Positions 1 through 12,422 of a stretch of DNA of 64,000 nucleotides are shown here, in pieces (positions within the stretch are counted from its first letter, which is position 1; the number at the start of each line of letters is the position of its first letter). Position numbers and translations under genes: made by a program. The notes beneath the pieces are model-generated. The model ran no database searches. It was not told the origin of the DNA and saw only the letters and a program-made list of their open reading frames with translations. The stretch comes from Minutocellus sp. GHC0000111. Taxonomy: Eukaryota. Where the stretch lies: contig OZ361259.1 in NCBI GenBank assembly GCA_977018835.1, forward strand, positions 2,604,001 to 2,668,000, read 5' to 3'.

Positions 1-470
1 ATGAGGTCCAAGTGCTCGTTCTCACCTCCGTCCTCGTTGAGACTCATCCAGCCGACATTGCCACCCTCCTCTCGCGTTTCGTAGCAATTGCTGATCTGGC
101 CCGCCAGAGTATCGAACTGCATGCCCGCCTTTTTGAGTTCGTTGAGAGACGATTCGGCAAGGTCCTCCGAGGCAAACAGAATGTGATTGATCCGAATTGC
201 CGTCAGGGCACCAGCAGAGGCGGAGCTACCTGCCGCCACAATCTCGCGGCTGTCGACGGTCGTTCCTCGGGCAGTTGGGAACTTGGGAGGGGGCGCTGTG
301 AATTTGGCGTTGCTCTTCTTGCTCGTTGATACGTCCTCACTGGCCGATACCATTGAGAGGGCATCGACATTAGAGTGGCGGCAGGAAGGACAATTGATTG
401 GCAGAGCCGGTTGGAACGCACCACCGCTCGAGGCGATGCACACCAACACAAATATTATTGGCACGAGCAT
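1..470 (-). CDS. Plastid-targeted PpiC/parvulin-type peptidyl-prolyl isomerase-like protein (5' part; runs off window edge)
   Basis: Manual translation from ATG at 470: MLVPIIFVLVCIASSGGAFQP (signal peptide + AF motif) ... INHILFASEDLAESSLNELKKAGMQFDTLAGQISNCYETREEGGNVGWM, matching the rotamase HIL...F..LA...S.C......GG.LGW pattern. Not in the ORF track because there is no stop in the window. Confidence 0.7.
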   Translation of the reverse strand, partial: MLVPIIFVLVCIASSGGAFQPALPINCPSCRHSNVDALSMVSASEDVSTSKKSNAKFTAPPPKFPTARGTTVDSREIVAAGSSASAGALTAIRINHILFASEDLAESSLNELKKAGMQFDTLAGQISNCYETREEGGNVGWMSLNEDGGENEHLDL

Positions 471-915
471 GCTTGGTCAATCGATATATATTTGGTACTC
501 GGTGTGTATCTGCAATGGTTCAAGCTACAATGCCCTGCGAGACAAACTAACTAACGGCACATCCAAACGGCGGCTCGCCTCTGGCGCTGACTGACTGGAT
601 CTCATGGTTGCTGGGTGCGTCATGCAGGGCAGACGGCAAGACCGTCTAAAAAGTATTTTAAGGGGGCAGGACCAAAAATCAAAAAGAGGGAACTTTCCAA
701 CGTTCCCCCATCTAATTTCGACTGAAATCGTGCCAAAAAGAGACCGAGACGGGGCAGGAACTCATGTGTTGTACCTCTGCCGTTGCGATAAAGGAACGCA
801 GACTGCAGCCGAATATCAACACAATAGAGCCCCTTTAATTCTCTTGTTGGTCTGGATCGATTGTGCATCTTTCAGCTGGTCAAAAATCAGAGAGAAAGAG
901 CGAGAGAGAGAGATC

Positions 916-1248
916 ATGACCAACGCGAAGCGAACCATTTTCCTTGCCGTCACTGCCGCGGTTGCCTTGTCGTCCCTCGGCGAGGGGGTTGCCGCCGCTG
1001 CCGGTTCATCAACGACGGCACATGCTGCCTCTCCATTTTTCCACCGTGACCTCCAGAGCAACAATGTGCTGACCGTCTGTCCCGACGCAACGCAGTGCAC
1101 CCGTGGGAGACGATGCTACAAGACCGGCCGGGAGGCGGAGGAATCGGGATTGGACGAGTATGCCTGCGGTGACTGCGAGGACATTGACGACAACAACGGC
1201 CGGTGCGAGTTCGCCGAGGAGGTCTTTTGCGTCGTCAGCGACGACTGA
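916..1248 (+). CDS. Small secreted Cys-rich acidic protein with RXL propeptide motif
   Basis: ATG at 916: MTNAKRTIFLAVTAAVALSSLGEGVAA (signal-like), then HRDLQ (diatom RXL cleavage-like motif), then a ~60 aa segment with 7 Cys and many D/E. Confidence 0.6.
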   Translation: MTNAKRTIFLAVTAAVALSSLGEGVAAAAGSSTTAHAASPFFHRDLQSNNVLTVCPDATQCTRGRRCYKTGREAEESGLDEYACGDCEDIDDNNGRCEFAEEVFCVVSDD

Positions 1249-1409
1249 GGTAGGAGGGGCAAACAATTCTTCGAACCTCAACATCATTCTGTCCCCTCCA
1301 GCTCTTGACTGGCCCGATGCGGTTGTATGTGATCGAATTAGAGTGCGCAAATTTTGGTGCATTCCCACTATCAGTGCTTGAAGAGAAAGTAAGTTTGTAA
1401 AAGCTGGGA

Positions 1410-2658
1410 TCATGAAGTGTCGCTTCTTGGACCGATTCCAATAGCTCTTTTCGAAGAGTTTCGCCACTCGTTCCTTTTTCCACGGAATTCATTGCTCAGA
1501 ATGTGCACGATCACTTTCACGGCATGCTGAGCCGTCTCTCGCGTCTTGGCTCTCATCATGATGCAATTGGGGCTGCCCCAGATCGGCGCAATATCGCCAT
1601 AACGTCTAGTCTGGCCAAGATGCCTTTGGCTTGCCTTCAACTGTCTATGGATCACGTCATACTTGATCCCGAGCTTCGATTCAAGTTTCTTACCTGTGGT
1701 TCCTTTAGTCCCAATCAGTTTTCCAATGATATATAAGAAAGCGACATGTTTGGGAATATCGATTCTTCTTACATGGACTGTATCAGCAGCAGTAGAGGAA
1801 GAGTCGTCATTCTTTTCAGTTTTGACCCTCTTGGCGGTGCGAGGCCGTGCGTCAGATGACAATGATAAGGATGCATCTGCCGACGAAGCTCTCTTCAAAT
1901 TAGGCCGGCCGGCAACGGACATTGTAATTGACGAGCATTCGTCGTCGTCTCTACCAAAGCTGCTTTCGGCAGTAATGGAAGGTAGCTTTGAAGGTGACGT
2001 CGAATTCGAGGCCGAGAGGGATGCCGAGGGCAAGGCCGAATTCGATACGGATACAAAATCCTCTTTGGTCTGAGTCGAAAACTCCACTGCTTTTTTCTTC
2101 TCCTTCTTTTCGTCGACATGACGACATGATACCAAATCCTGAGACACACCATGACGAATTACTGTTTTCTCATCACGGGTGACAACCTCCAAAAAATACA
2201 TCCATCTACTACCCTCATTACTATCCGTGCCGGCTTGAAATGTGGTGCGATACGCCGACATGACCGTGGCCTCCAATCTGTTTCCACCTGCCGATGAAGA
2301 ATCATATCACAAATTCCAGGTACTGAAGAAAGAATGCTGGCAGTGGACGATTTCAGGTATCGGGGCATCCCGGCCCATAGCACAGGCAGGACTCGGTGGC
2401 CACCAAGTCTTTATCCTCTTGTCCATTCGACTCGTTTGATGCATTTGGATTGTCATCTGGAATCACGACGTACTGATTCTCTCTCGACGAAGAGAAAAGG
2501 TCGACAAATATCCTCCCGATAGTTCCACTAACAATGGGCGTATTAATAGTTGCGTCGGGAAAGTGGGCCAGAACACGACACGATGGGGGGAAGGGCGCAA
2601 GCCGTGCCTTATCTTCTGGGATCGTAAGAATGTTCAGGTTCGGCTCGACTGGCGCCAT
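1410..2658 (-). pseudogene. KH-domain RNA-binding protein, disrupted by frameshifts
   Basis: KH signature RIDIP...IIGKLIGTKGTTGKKLE (GxxG loop) in ORF 1410-2276; the N-terminus appears to lie in ORF 2353-2658 with a third frame bridging ~2280-2360. Confidence 0.55.
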
Positions 2659-2961
2659 GTTGAAATTGATATATATATATATGAATGCTCTGCGAACTCT
2701 TCGATGAAATAATATGATTTCAAAGACAAAAGCCTCGGGGAAATTAATTTCCTATCAACGTTTCCACGTTGCTTCTCTCGAGTCAACTTGTGAGAAAGTA
2801 CTTGAACTGATGGGGCTTGCCTCTTATACTACGTACGTAGGCCTACGTAGTATCTTGCCTTGAAGTGAAAGTCGGTTTTCCGTTCGCGAGAGCCTGGCGT
2901 CAAGCAGATGACGTCGATGATACGTCGAATCGAAAGAAGAGACAAAACTGAGCGATGAAGG

Positions 2962-3139
2962 GCATCGGCAAACCTTTGCGACGGCGACGGGCGCATTGGC
3001 CGCATTGTGCGCTTGCTGACCGCTTCCGCCGACCACATACCGGCATAAGTGCATCGGCAAACCTTTGCGACGGCGACGGGCGCATTGGCCGCATTGTGCG
3101 CTTGCTGACCGCTTCCGCCGACCACATACCGGCATAAGT
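2962..3139. repeat. Perfect 89-bp tandem duplication upstream of the MFS gene
   Basis: gcatcggcaaacctttgcg...ccacataccggcataagt at 2962-3050 and again at 3051-3139. Confidence 0.95.
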
Positions 3140-3245
3140 ACAAGTTCGTGGCCTCACATTCAATCCATCGCAGCTGCGCACATGCACCGGTAGCGATATC
3201 ATCGCTTTTATCCGAGGGTGGAAAGCAGGCATTTTACTGCCAAAG

Positions 3246-4823
3246 ATGTCGTCCTCGGCAATCAGCCCAACCGCATTGCTGGCCAAAGTAACGAGCGGTT
3301 TCTCCTCTCTCAAGGGAAGTCCGCCGGAACTGTACAAGGCATACGCCCTTAAGTTTCTGGACTCGTATTCATACTTCAGCTTCTCCATCATATTCACGCT
3401 GTTCTTGAGCGAGGATTTTGGTTACAGCGATGTGGCAGCCGGCGGCATCTATGGCCTTTGGGGGGCTCTCATAACAGTCTGGGGGCTGCTAACGGGTTTC
3501 GTCGTCGATAACATTGGCGTCGCAAAGTCACTTCGACTGGGCTTTGCCGTTTCGTTGGTGGCCAGGATACTGATATTTGCCACCACGTCCAGGTACATGC
3601 TCCTCCTCAACATCTGCGTCACACTGCCGCTCGGTAATTGTCTGGGAATTCCGGTCTTGACCACGGGAATTCGGCGGTATACCAATGAGCATTGCAGAGG
3701 TTTCGCGTTCGGCCTGTTTTATGTCATTATGAATATCGCCGCCTTGCTTTCGGGCCCTGTGGTTGATGCCTTGACTATATGGTACAAGGGCGGTGATGGT
3801 GCGGAAGAGGTGAATGTGGAACAGGCCGACGACGACAACAATGGCAATGATGCAGAATCCCAAGGCATCATCACTGCTTGGTCGCTGACTTCTTATCGGG
3901 CGATCATCCTTTCTGGCATTGTTACCAACGTCATTGCCTGCATCGTTACCACAACTGTCAGAGAAATCAAGGTCGATTCCAAGGCCCCAGCGGCATCTCC
4001 CCCGGCGTCTCTTGACCCGTCGACTCACAGCAGCAACATGAGTCTCGACGACGCGCTGGGTGAGTTGGAATTGGAACCGGAAAGCGGATCGATCCGAGAG
4101 TTTCAACCAACAAAAGGTTCAGCGATGGAGATTTTACGGGAGACACTGGCAACAAAAACATTTTGGCGATTTCTGGCCGTTTGCTTGATTACGCTGAACG
4201 TGAGAATGATCTTCCGTCATCTTGATGCTACTCTTCCGAAATACATGATGCGAGAGTTTGGCGACAATGTACCCAAAGGAACGATATACAGTATCAATCC
4301 AGCACTCATTATCATTCTGGTTCCCATCATATCGGCTGCAACTACCACGGTGGATCCTTTGACCATGATTCACTTTGGTACCTACATCTCTGCGGCATCA
4401 GTATTTTTCCTTGTGGCATCGACCAGCGTTTGGGCAACAATTTGCTTCGTCACTGTCCTTTCTATCGGAGAGGCAATATGGAGCCCTCGCTTGTACGATT
4501 ACACCATGCAAATGTGCAAAGAGGGGAGGGAGGGAACGTACATGGCGCTTAGTTCGGCGCCGCTATTTCTCGCGAAGCTACCCGTGGGCTTTATGAGTGG
4601 CTATCTGCTGCAGAAGTACTGCCCGGAGGAAGGAGAGCGACAGAGCAAAACCATGTGGCTTATCATCGGCGTTACCACAGCGGTCAGTCCTATTTTGTTG
4701 ACATTATGCTGGGGATACATTGCCAAGAAAGATGACGGCGACGAGGATTATCTAGAGCTGCAAGATGTAAGGATCAGGAAGGAACACGCCAGAGACCAAA
4801 GGATTCTTACGAAGTCCTTCTGA
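3246..4823 (+). CDS. Major facilitator superfamily transporter (POT/peptide-transporter-like)
   Basis: 525-aa intronless ORF with about 12 hydrophobic segments; motifs TGFVVDNIG, AFGLFYVIMNIAA, SINPALII, SIGEAIWSPRLYDY, GREGTYM. Confidence 0.85.
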   Translation: MSSSAISPTALLAKVTSGFSSLKGSPPELYKAYALKFLDSYSYFSFSIIFTLFLSEDFGYSDVAAGGIYGLWGALITVWGLLTGFVVDNIGVAKSLRLGFAVSLVARILIFATTSRYMLLLNICVTLPLGNCLGIPVLTTGIRRYTNEHCRGFAFGLFYVIMNIAALLSGPVVDALTIWYKGGDGAEEVNVEQADDDNNGNDAESQGIITAWSLTSYRAIILSGIVTNVIACIVTTTVREIKVDSKAPAASPPASLDPSTHSSNMSLDDALGELELEPESGSIREFQPTKGSAMEILRETLATKTFWRFLAVCLITLNVRMIFRHLDATLPKYMMREFGDNVPKGTIYSINPALIIILVPIISAATTTVDPLTMIHFGTYISAASVFFLVASTSVWATICFVTVLSIGEAIWSPRLYDYTMQMCKEGREGTYMALSSAPLFLAKLPVGFMSGYLLQKYCPEEGERQSKTMWLIIGVTTAVSPILLTLCWGYIAKKDDGDEDYLELQDVRIRKEHARDQRILTKSF

Positions 4824-5162
4824 ATTTGTTGCAGACTCTAACGAGGTTGGTGGCCTTGGAAGACGAAGGGCTGCAGCTTCATTTGCTCCATCACACAGGG
4901 CATCATCGTCCAGTCTGAATAGCATAACTTAAAATCACAACAATACCGGTAGAAGGGCACTGATATTGCACAAGAGCGTCTCTCTAAGAAGACTCAGCAG
5001 CCAATCCTGAAATCACAGAGATGTTTCCGTTTGCGAGCCGGCCGGCCCATGCGGTTTTCACCGCGCGCAGCCACCCGCCACCGCCACCACAACCCAGCAG
5101 ATGTGTATGTTGCCGACAAGGGGCGGGTAATACCAATTGGCAGTAGCATAAAAGAGCCCAAC

Positions 5163-6657
5163 ATGCATGGGCTATTGCGCGTGATTGTCCTCCTAGCACC
5201 CGCCACCATCCTGCCATGCGATTGCTTTGTTTCGATGCCGGTCACATCCAGGCCGATGTCACCTGCCGCAGCTGCCTCTCGACCTCACGATGACGGGGCG
5301 GCATCTTGCGCTACATCAGTAGCCGGCGGCGGCAAACCAATCCTTTGCAAGACGGTAGAAACCTTCAAGCTTGCCGATCTATATCATCTGGAGTTGTCCA
5401 TCAAAGCTTCATTGTGTGGAATGTCTTGCCAGCGATTGGGAATCGACCCTGCCACCGGTTCGTCATTACTTTTGCTATCTGATCGAGCAAGGGATGGCTT
5501 GCATAAAGAGGAACCGAGCGAAAGAGGTACATTTGCGCATACCAAATGCGATCATCTCTTCACCATTAGTAAGAGCCAAAGTGTTGAGTGGATCGGTTTG
5601 GAGCTTGCTAGTGCTGGCGACGCCGAGGGTTTGGTCGGTGAATTGAGAAAGAAAGCGGATGAGGTTGAGATGATGATGCGAGACCAGGCGGGTACGAGTG
5701 TCAATGGCCCTTCAGAAATTACTTGGACATTGGAGTATACTCGAATGGGCAACGTTGGCGGTCACAAGGACAGACCTCGGCATACTTCCAAAACTCTTTG
5801 CTATGGTGTGGCGAATGCATTGAAATTGCCACCAGAATTGGATGCCAAGTCTGACTCTGCTTGTTCACTTGTTATTCTTGACGGCCCAGACAAAATACGA
5901 CTTTGCCTTGCCATGTCTGGGGGCAAGGGCGACACAAAAGGTAAAGGTGCTACAGATATTGTTCAGAAGAAATGGCCAGGAAGACCGTTCCAGTATAGCT
6001 CAGCGATGAATCCAACAGCTGCATCAATCGTTGTGGACATTTTGCTTCGAATGTGCGAAAAGGACAAAATGGATAACACTCCAACACTTCTTGATCCAAC
6101 ATGCGGCAGCGGGACATTTCTAGCATTTGCAGTGGGGAACGGGGCCAATGCAATTGGTTGGGACATCAAAGAGAGCTGCTGCGAGGGTACTAGAAGAAAT
6201 TTGAAGTACCTGACGGAAGCAATTGTGAGCGAGGGCATGGAGCCTTCGTCGGCACAAGTGCGTGCTTATCGGATAGATAATCAAGACGCCGCGCAAGTTT
6301 CCATCGATGCACTGGGAAAAGACGAGGTTGACTGCGCCGTAGCAAACCTGCCATGGGGACAAAATACGCCAACATATTATGAGGAGAACAATAAGATATT
6401 GGACGCGTTGAGAGGTATATTGAGATCTGATGCTGCTGTGCCCGTTGCGATTATAAGCCGAGATTCGAGTGTGCAGAAAGAGCTCGAGCGCATTGGCTTT
6501 CGAGTGCTGGGGGCGGCGAACATTCCACAAAAGTAACTTTCGTTTGCCAAAGGCGTCCAAGAAGAAAAAGAAGAGAAAAGAGGTGGCTGATGACGACGGC
6601 AATGATGCTCAGGACAGGGGCTCAATTTGCATGGTAACAATCGCTGTGACAGATTAG
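5163..6657 (+). CDS. SAM-dependent (RNA m2G-type, Trm11/RlmL-like) methyltransferase, probably plastid-targeted; +1 frameshift near 6530
   Basis: Motif I LLDPTCGSGTFL, WDI, motif IV ANLPWG; N-terminal signal MHGLLRVIVLLAPATILPCDCF; the C-terminus continues in frame 6469-6657 after an extra A in 'cacaaaagtaac'. Confidence 0.7.
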
Positions 6658-6953
6658 AGAAGACGTAATGCTTACATGTAGAACTTAACTTTCTACTTTG
6701 CGGTTTAACACACTGATTCTAAACTTTCTTAGATCCAGCTGGAATCTTCAAGCTCTATTGTAGAGATCTGGCTTGGCCTTCGCTTCTTGGTGGCCTTTTT
6801 ATTTTGCAATTTTCTCATCTCGCGCTCACGCACGCAGTCAAGTTGGTCTGCTCGTCGTCGGGACTTCCGGCATGACCCGTCGACCCTACCCGTCACATCA
6901 TGCCATTTGTGGAAGATACCGGCTCGTGCTCGAGCCCAAAACCAGCCCAAGCC

Positions 6954-9900
6954 ATGCCAAGCTATGACTACGATGCCACCGTATCCTCCATACTTCAGCA
7001 CCGGAGGGAGGCCTATGCCGCCGATGCCGCCGACGAGTCCATCCGGCTCGAACATCTAAACCAATCCGTCGAGCTGTTCACCAACCTGTCGGCCCAGTGC
7101 CCCATGACCCCCCTCCTTTGGATGCAGTACGCCGAGGATGCCGCCGCAGTCGTCGGTGGGCTGTTGTCTGCGGAGGCAGGTGGCGAGGCCGGAGATTCTG
7201 GTGAGGCCGCGACACAAATTGCCGACACCCGTCTCAACATTCTAGAGCTGGCCATTGAGGAGTGGCCTGGATGTGCTCTCTTGAGGCTTCGGCACTTGGA
7301 GGCCGTGATGGCTGCCGCAACGGCCAAAAGTGACAGTGGTGGTGCTAGCGCTTCCAGTGTCGCAGTTCGCAGGGCATTCCATGATGCCATTTTGTTCGTC
7401 GGACGTGGCTCGCATCGGAACGAGGACGGCATTGTGGCCGCCATCTATCGGCTTCACGTACAATATCTCACAGGTTTGGCTTCGGCATTACCATCATCGA
7501 AAGATAAGGAGGCGTCGATGAAAAGCATCGTTGAAGAGATCGGTGCGAGCTATCTATTCAGGGCGGAGTGCCCCATGAAGGAGGAAAATGACACCCTGTC
7601 TAATGAAATATCATCCACCAAGGCCAAGGTTGAGGGGGTGCTATCGTCGGGAGACGATATGGCCAAGATCGATGAGGCTCGAATTCAGGCATCGAGGGCA
7701 CTAGGGAGCTTTGCCAACCTTGAGGACGAGGTCGACATGGCCTTGGCCAATGATTACATAGTGCTGCCTGCAAATGCACTCAATGGTGAGGCCGATTATT
7801 CATCCGTCGTCGATTGGAATGCCCTGTTGAATGGACGAGAGGCAATCGAAGGAACCGCCCGATATCTCATGGGCTACGGCGCTGCCAATACGACAGCTGC
7901 ATTTGCCAAGTATGCCGGCGCACTGTCAAATCGCGCGCGCAAGGCGGCAAGTACGGCCAAAAGTCGGGCTGCGAATGGCAACAAAAGTGCCGAAGCCGAG
8001 GGCAAAGGATGAGATTGAGATGTTCAACTCGCTCGCCATTTCCGTCTATGAGCGAGGTCTATCGGAGTGTCCTACAGTCGAATCTTTGTGGGTTTTATAT
8101 GTGCAACAACTTGCTCGCCTTGTTGATCAAGATCGAAAGGCTTCCGAGGGCAAGGCAATTGGCCAGACTCGATACGTTGCATTGCTCAAGAGCGCATGTG
8201 CACGATCCGTCCGCAATTGTCCATACAGTGCTCTTCTCTTTGGTATGAAGATGAATTCTTTCGCCATCCTTGCACAGGTTGGGGCGGCTGTGTTTGATCC
8301 TGATCAGCTTTCGGCCGTGGCCAAGGAGGCGATAGATGGAGGCTTCATTGCAACGCCCGAGGGCCAACTGGAAGTACATCTGAATGCCATTCGTCACGTC
8401 AATCGTCGAATCCTTGCGCTCTCCTGCACAGCATCCCCAGAAGAAGGAGGTGCACCACCCAAGAGTTACGATGACTTGGAACCCATGGACAAGTCTGGCA
8501 AAAAGAAGAAACGCAAACAAGACGGCGCCGTCGTTGAAATTACAGAGTATGCCGACTTGGATGCTGAAACGGAGCAAGAAATCAGCGATCTGATCGATGA
8601 CGTGCGTGAAATGTACGATGCCACGGACTCCATCTTGAAGAAAAGCCACTCGTCTTGGACGGAGGGGAAAGCAGTGCTGTGGTTAGATCGCGCACGTGCC
8701 GAAGCCAGCATATATCTTCCACTGTTGCGTTCTGTAGGCGGTGACGACGATGAAGAAGATGGTGATCAGATTGGAGGAAATAAGAAGGCTACGGATCAGG
8801 CAGTTCGATGCTATGAAAAGTCGGTCAAGGCTCATCAGCCGCCGCATCCTGACCAATGGTCGGCATACATTCGACATGCGTTGGGACGACATCGCTTTCT
8901 TGGTCAAGAGGAGGAGGGAATGCTTGACCCTGTCGGCGCCAATGCTGCAAAATTTAGAAAGATCAGGGGGCTCTTTCACCGTGCTACATCTCTTGTCAGG
9001 TCGAAACGGGGTGAAACACAAGATGACGATGCACAGAACGGGCAGTCTTCATTTGTTTACTTTGGGCTGAGAGACTATGGATCGGCACTATCGAATCTTT
9101 GCCACGAATTCTTGGATTTTGAACGTGCCTTTGGATCCGACGAGAGTTTTCGTCGAGCGACCAAGATTATCACTGGCAAACTACGATCACTTGGTATCAA
9201 TGGAAGCGAGGCGACTTCATCTGCTCAGAACGGTGGTGCAACCAACGAGGCCGGTGCCATGGAAATTGATACTGCTCGGTCTGCAAAACGCAAGGCCGAG
9301 GAGCTCGATGAGCCCAATCAAACAGGTCCTGTTGAGCCATCTTCCAAAAAGGTTAGGTCAGAGGAGCCTTCTTCTTCTGCACTTGCTGACGCCGACGAAA
9401 GTAACGATGCTGATAAGAAGACCAACCTCAAGATCGAAAAGAAACGCCCTGAGCACACGGTTGTTGTTGGTAAACTTGAGTACCCAGCACATCCCTTCAC
9501 CGTCAACGTAAGCAACTTATCTGCCGAGACCGAAGATGTGGACCTTGTTGATGCATTTGCCAAGTGCGGTGCTATTGTCCATGCTCGAATCCTACGTGAG
9601 AAGCACCATGGCCCTCTTCATATCAAGGCCAAGTCCAAGGGCGTGGGTCTAATCCAATTTGAGGAAAGAGAATCCGCCGAGAAGGCACTGGCGCTCGATG
9701 ATGAGATTGGCCTTCATGAAAAATTGATCAAGGTCCGCCGTTCGCACATGCCCGCCGTCTCCAAGGTGCCTCCAGGAATGCATAGAACGAATCCCAAGGG
9801 AGAAGGGAGAAGCTCCAAGCGCAATCAGAAGCGCCGAGAGGCAAAGGCAAGTGGTACTACTGCCGGTGAAGGTGGGACTGCGACGGGTGATGGCGCTGCA

Positions 9901-10038
9901 AAAGCCGGAGAATCCGTCGCAAAACCAAAGCCTGCGGCGGTGACCGGTGCAAGTTCAAGCAGCAGCCTCGCTTTCATCCCGAGAGGACTCCATGGCAAGA
10001 AGCACCACAAGGTCAAGGTCGATCTCGATAAGAAGTAA
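6954..10038 (+). CDS. SART3: SART3/Prp24-like HAT-repeat + RRM RNA-binding protein; frameshift at ~8005-8012
   Basis: HAT-like motifs CPMTPLLWMQYAED, YERGLSECPTVESLWVLY, RSVRNCPYS, FLDFERAFG; C-terminal RRM (VNVSNL ... KSKGVGLIQF); two overlapping ORFs (6900-8012, 7831-10038) join at 'ggcaaaggatgag'. Confidence 0.7.
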
Positions 10039-10214
10039 AGGGCGATCATTAGCAATTGCACGCGATGGATTAATTAGTTGGTAGTGGTGTTCTCTTAAAC
10101 ATTTATTTACAAGTAAGTATTGCTCGACTCACACGAAACCTTCGAGATATCAGACTCCAATCTCCTCGTTCATTTGTACGAGGAGCTTCCACATTCAATT
10201 AATGCAATGTCTTT

Positions 10215-12422
10215 CTAGCATTCGGCACGATCCTCACCATACTGGCCGTTCAACCAGAGAAGATGGTCAGGGACAAGGCTGCTGTCGCTGGGTTTGCCAC
10301 CTGCGGCGGCGACTGTGAGCACATTCGTTTTGGGGAGACCGTCCGAGAAAACTGATTCAGATTCATTGGAAGGGCTGTAACCGTTGCCGCTGGTTCCACT
10401 CGCAGGATTACCTCCAGTAAAGTTGAACTGAGTGGGCTTCTTGATACCGTAGATGCCGTTGGCGCTCATGGCGACGCTGTCATCAAAAGTGAACTGAGAA
10501 TCGCAGGGTGATTCCAGAGCCTCGTAGCCTCCGGGGCAGCAACAGCATGAGCGCCGAGGTTGCGTCGGGAGGCGGCAACATCCTCCATGTCGGCAGAGGA
10601 AGTCATGGTGAGATTGCCGTTGAGATTGGCCTGAACCTTCTTCATGGTATCCTTGGCGTCCTTTGCCATATTGACTCCGGCGGTGGCACCATCCTTCAGC
10701 ATGGCCTTGACGGGGTTGGGACAGGCGAGGCACTTGAGCATATCAATACCGCGCTGAAGCTTCTTGGGCCGACGTCCTCCTCAAAGGCATCAGTTGGGTA
10801 TCGCTTGCGGAACACGTCGGTGGGGTCAACTCCTGGCATGTTGGTGTCGTCCATAGCCCCAGAGGAAGCAACGGAGCCAGTGGTCTCGCTAATGAGGGAC
10901 CGAGAGCTCTTGTCGTAGGTGATGACGAGGCCGGCCTGCTGGTGCGAAATACCTTCGAGCTTCTGAACGGTACCTGGACCGCCAACCGCAGAGAAGGTGC
11001 TAACAGCCTCCTCGAGGATGTCGTCAACCTTGTCATCATTGGCCTCAACCTTGCTCTCGACGGCGGCACTGCCATCAATGGAGGGCTGTTCCATCTCGGT
11101 ACTATCGTCGTCATCATCATCGGCAACTTCTTCCTCGTCTCCCTTCTCAGAGACCCCATCAATGGAGAGATTCAATGACGCACTCTCATCGAGATCAGCA
11201 GGACCATTCGATGCAAGCGAGATCTCGACAGTACTATCCTCCAGCTCAGACTCGCTGCCAGATTCTGTGCTCGACTCCTCCTCCTCGGGCTGCTCGGCGG
11301 CGGCAGCCTCCTCCATCTTCTTCATTACACTCGACGCTCCCTCCTCCTCTGCAGTGTCTTCCTCATCGGCACTGGCGGTGCGGCTCATCTTCTTGTTGGG
11401 ATGTTTGACGGAATGCTTCTCAATCCGTTCGCGATTCTTCCGCTCAAACTCCAACAGCATATTCTGGGCCTCCGACACATGCATGAGGGGCAGCTCGTCG
11501 CACACGGCCTGATCGGAGATGTGACGGAGGTACGACCGGGCGGTCTTGACGGCCTCCTCCCTCGTCATGCGCTTGGACAGCTCGTTGATGAGCTTGCGTT
11601 CGGCACGTTCGCGCTCGGCTGCCGCGGCGGCGGCCAGAGTACGATTCTTCTTGTCGGTGCCGGGAGCCGACTGCATCAGCCACTGCTTCAGCTCTGACAC
11701 TGGCTCGATGGGACGTTCGTCGGCCTCGGCCTGCTTGGAAATGATGCGTGTGTACTGCGACGACGCCAGGGACGACGTGGAACACGAGGCTGCCGAGGGA
11801 GAAGAAGGGGCTCCTGCTGCAGCTGCAGGTGCAGCAACAGCGGGAGCGACCGCTGAGGTCTGCTTCTTCTCCGTGGTAATCAAGGAGGCTGCAAAATTCA
11901 GTAGCAGGGCGGGGAAGAGAGAGAGTGAAAGTTAGACACAAAAGGCCCAGTGTTGTATCAAGTGTCACCAGGAACACAATATGTGGACCTTTCCAACTTA
12001 CCAAAGTCATCCAGAGCCGATTCCTCGTCGTCGTCATCATCATCATCTTCTTCTTCCTCCTCTTCCTCATCGACAACATCTTCTTCTACGTCCTGCTCCT
12101 CCTGCTTCTTCGTCTCGACAACCTCCTCCACGACTGGCTCCTCCTCCACCTTCTCTTCCTCGACAGCTGGGTCCTCCATCTTCTCCTCTTTCTGCTCCTG
12201 TTGTTGCACCTTCTTGACCTCCCACGGGCGAGGTCCTACCGCCGCCTTCTTCTTCGGCTGATACACGTGCCGCTGGGCCTCCTCCTTGTTCTTCCGCTCA
12301 AAGTCCATCAGAAATCGCTGCATGTCCTTGACGCGGCCCAGAGGCTTCTCGTCCGTCTCGGCCTGGGCCGAGATCTTGCGGACGTATCCGCTGCTGGTGT
12401 TGTCGTTGTTGTTGTCGGCCAT
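10215..12422 (-). CDS. Acidic low-complexity protein with three copies of a ~33-aa motif; one intron and two apparent frameshifts
   Basis: Exon 1 12422-12002, GTAAGT...TTGCAG intron 12001-11889 restores frame to ORF 10696-11883; downstream coding-like sequence continues in two other frames (10466-10741, 10215-10540). Confidence 0.55.

Noticed and set aside
2962..3139. CRISPR array or other prokaryotic system
   Set aside because: The repeats are simple tandem duplications without spacers; the window is eukaryotic with spliceosomal introns and no cas genes
7951..8007. Short intron explaining the SART3 frame change
   Set aside because: The candidate is GC-rich, coding-like and lacks a pyrimidine tract; one extra A in 'caaagg' is the simpler explanation
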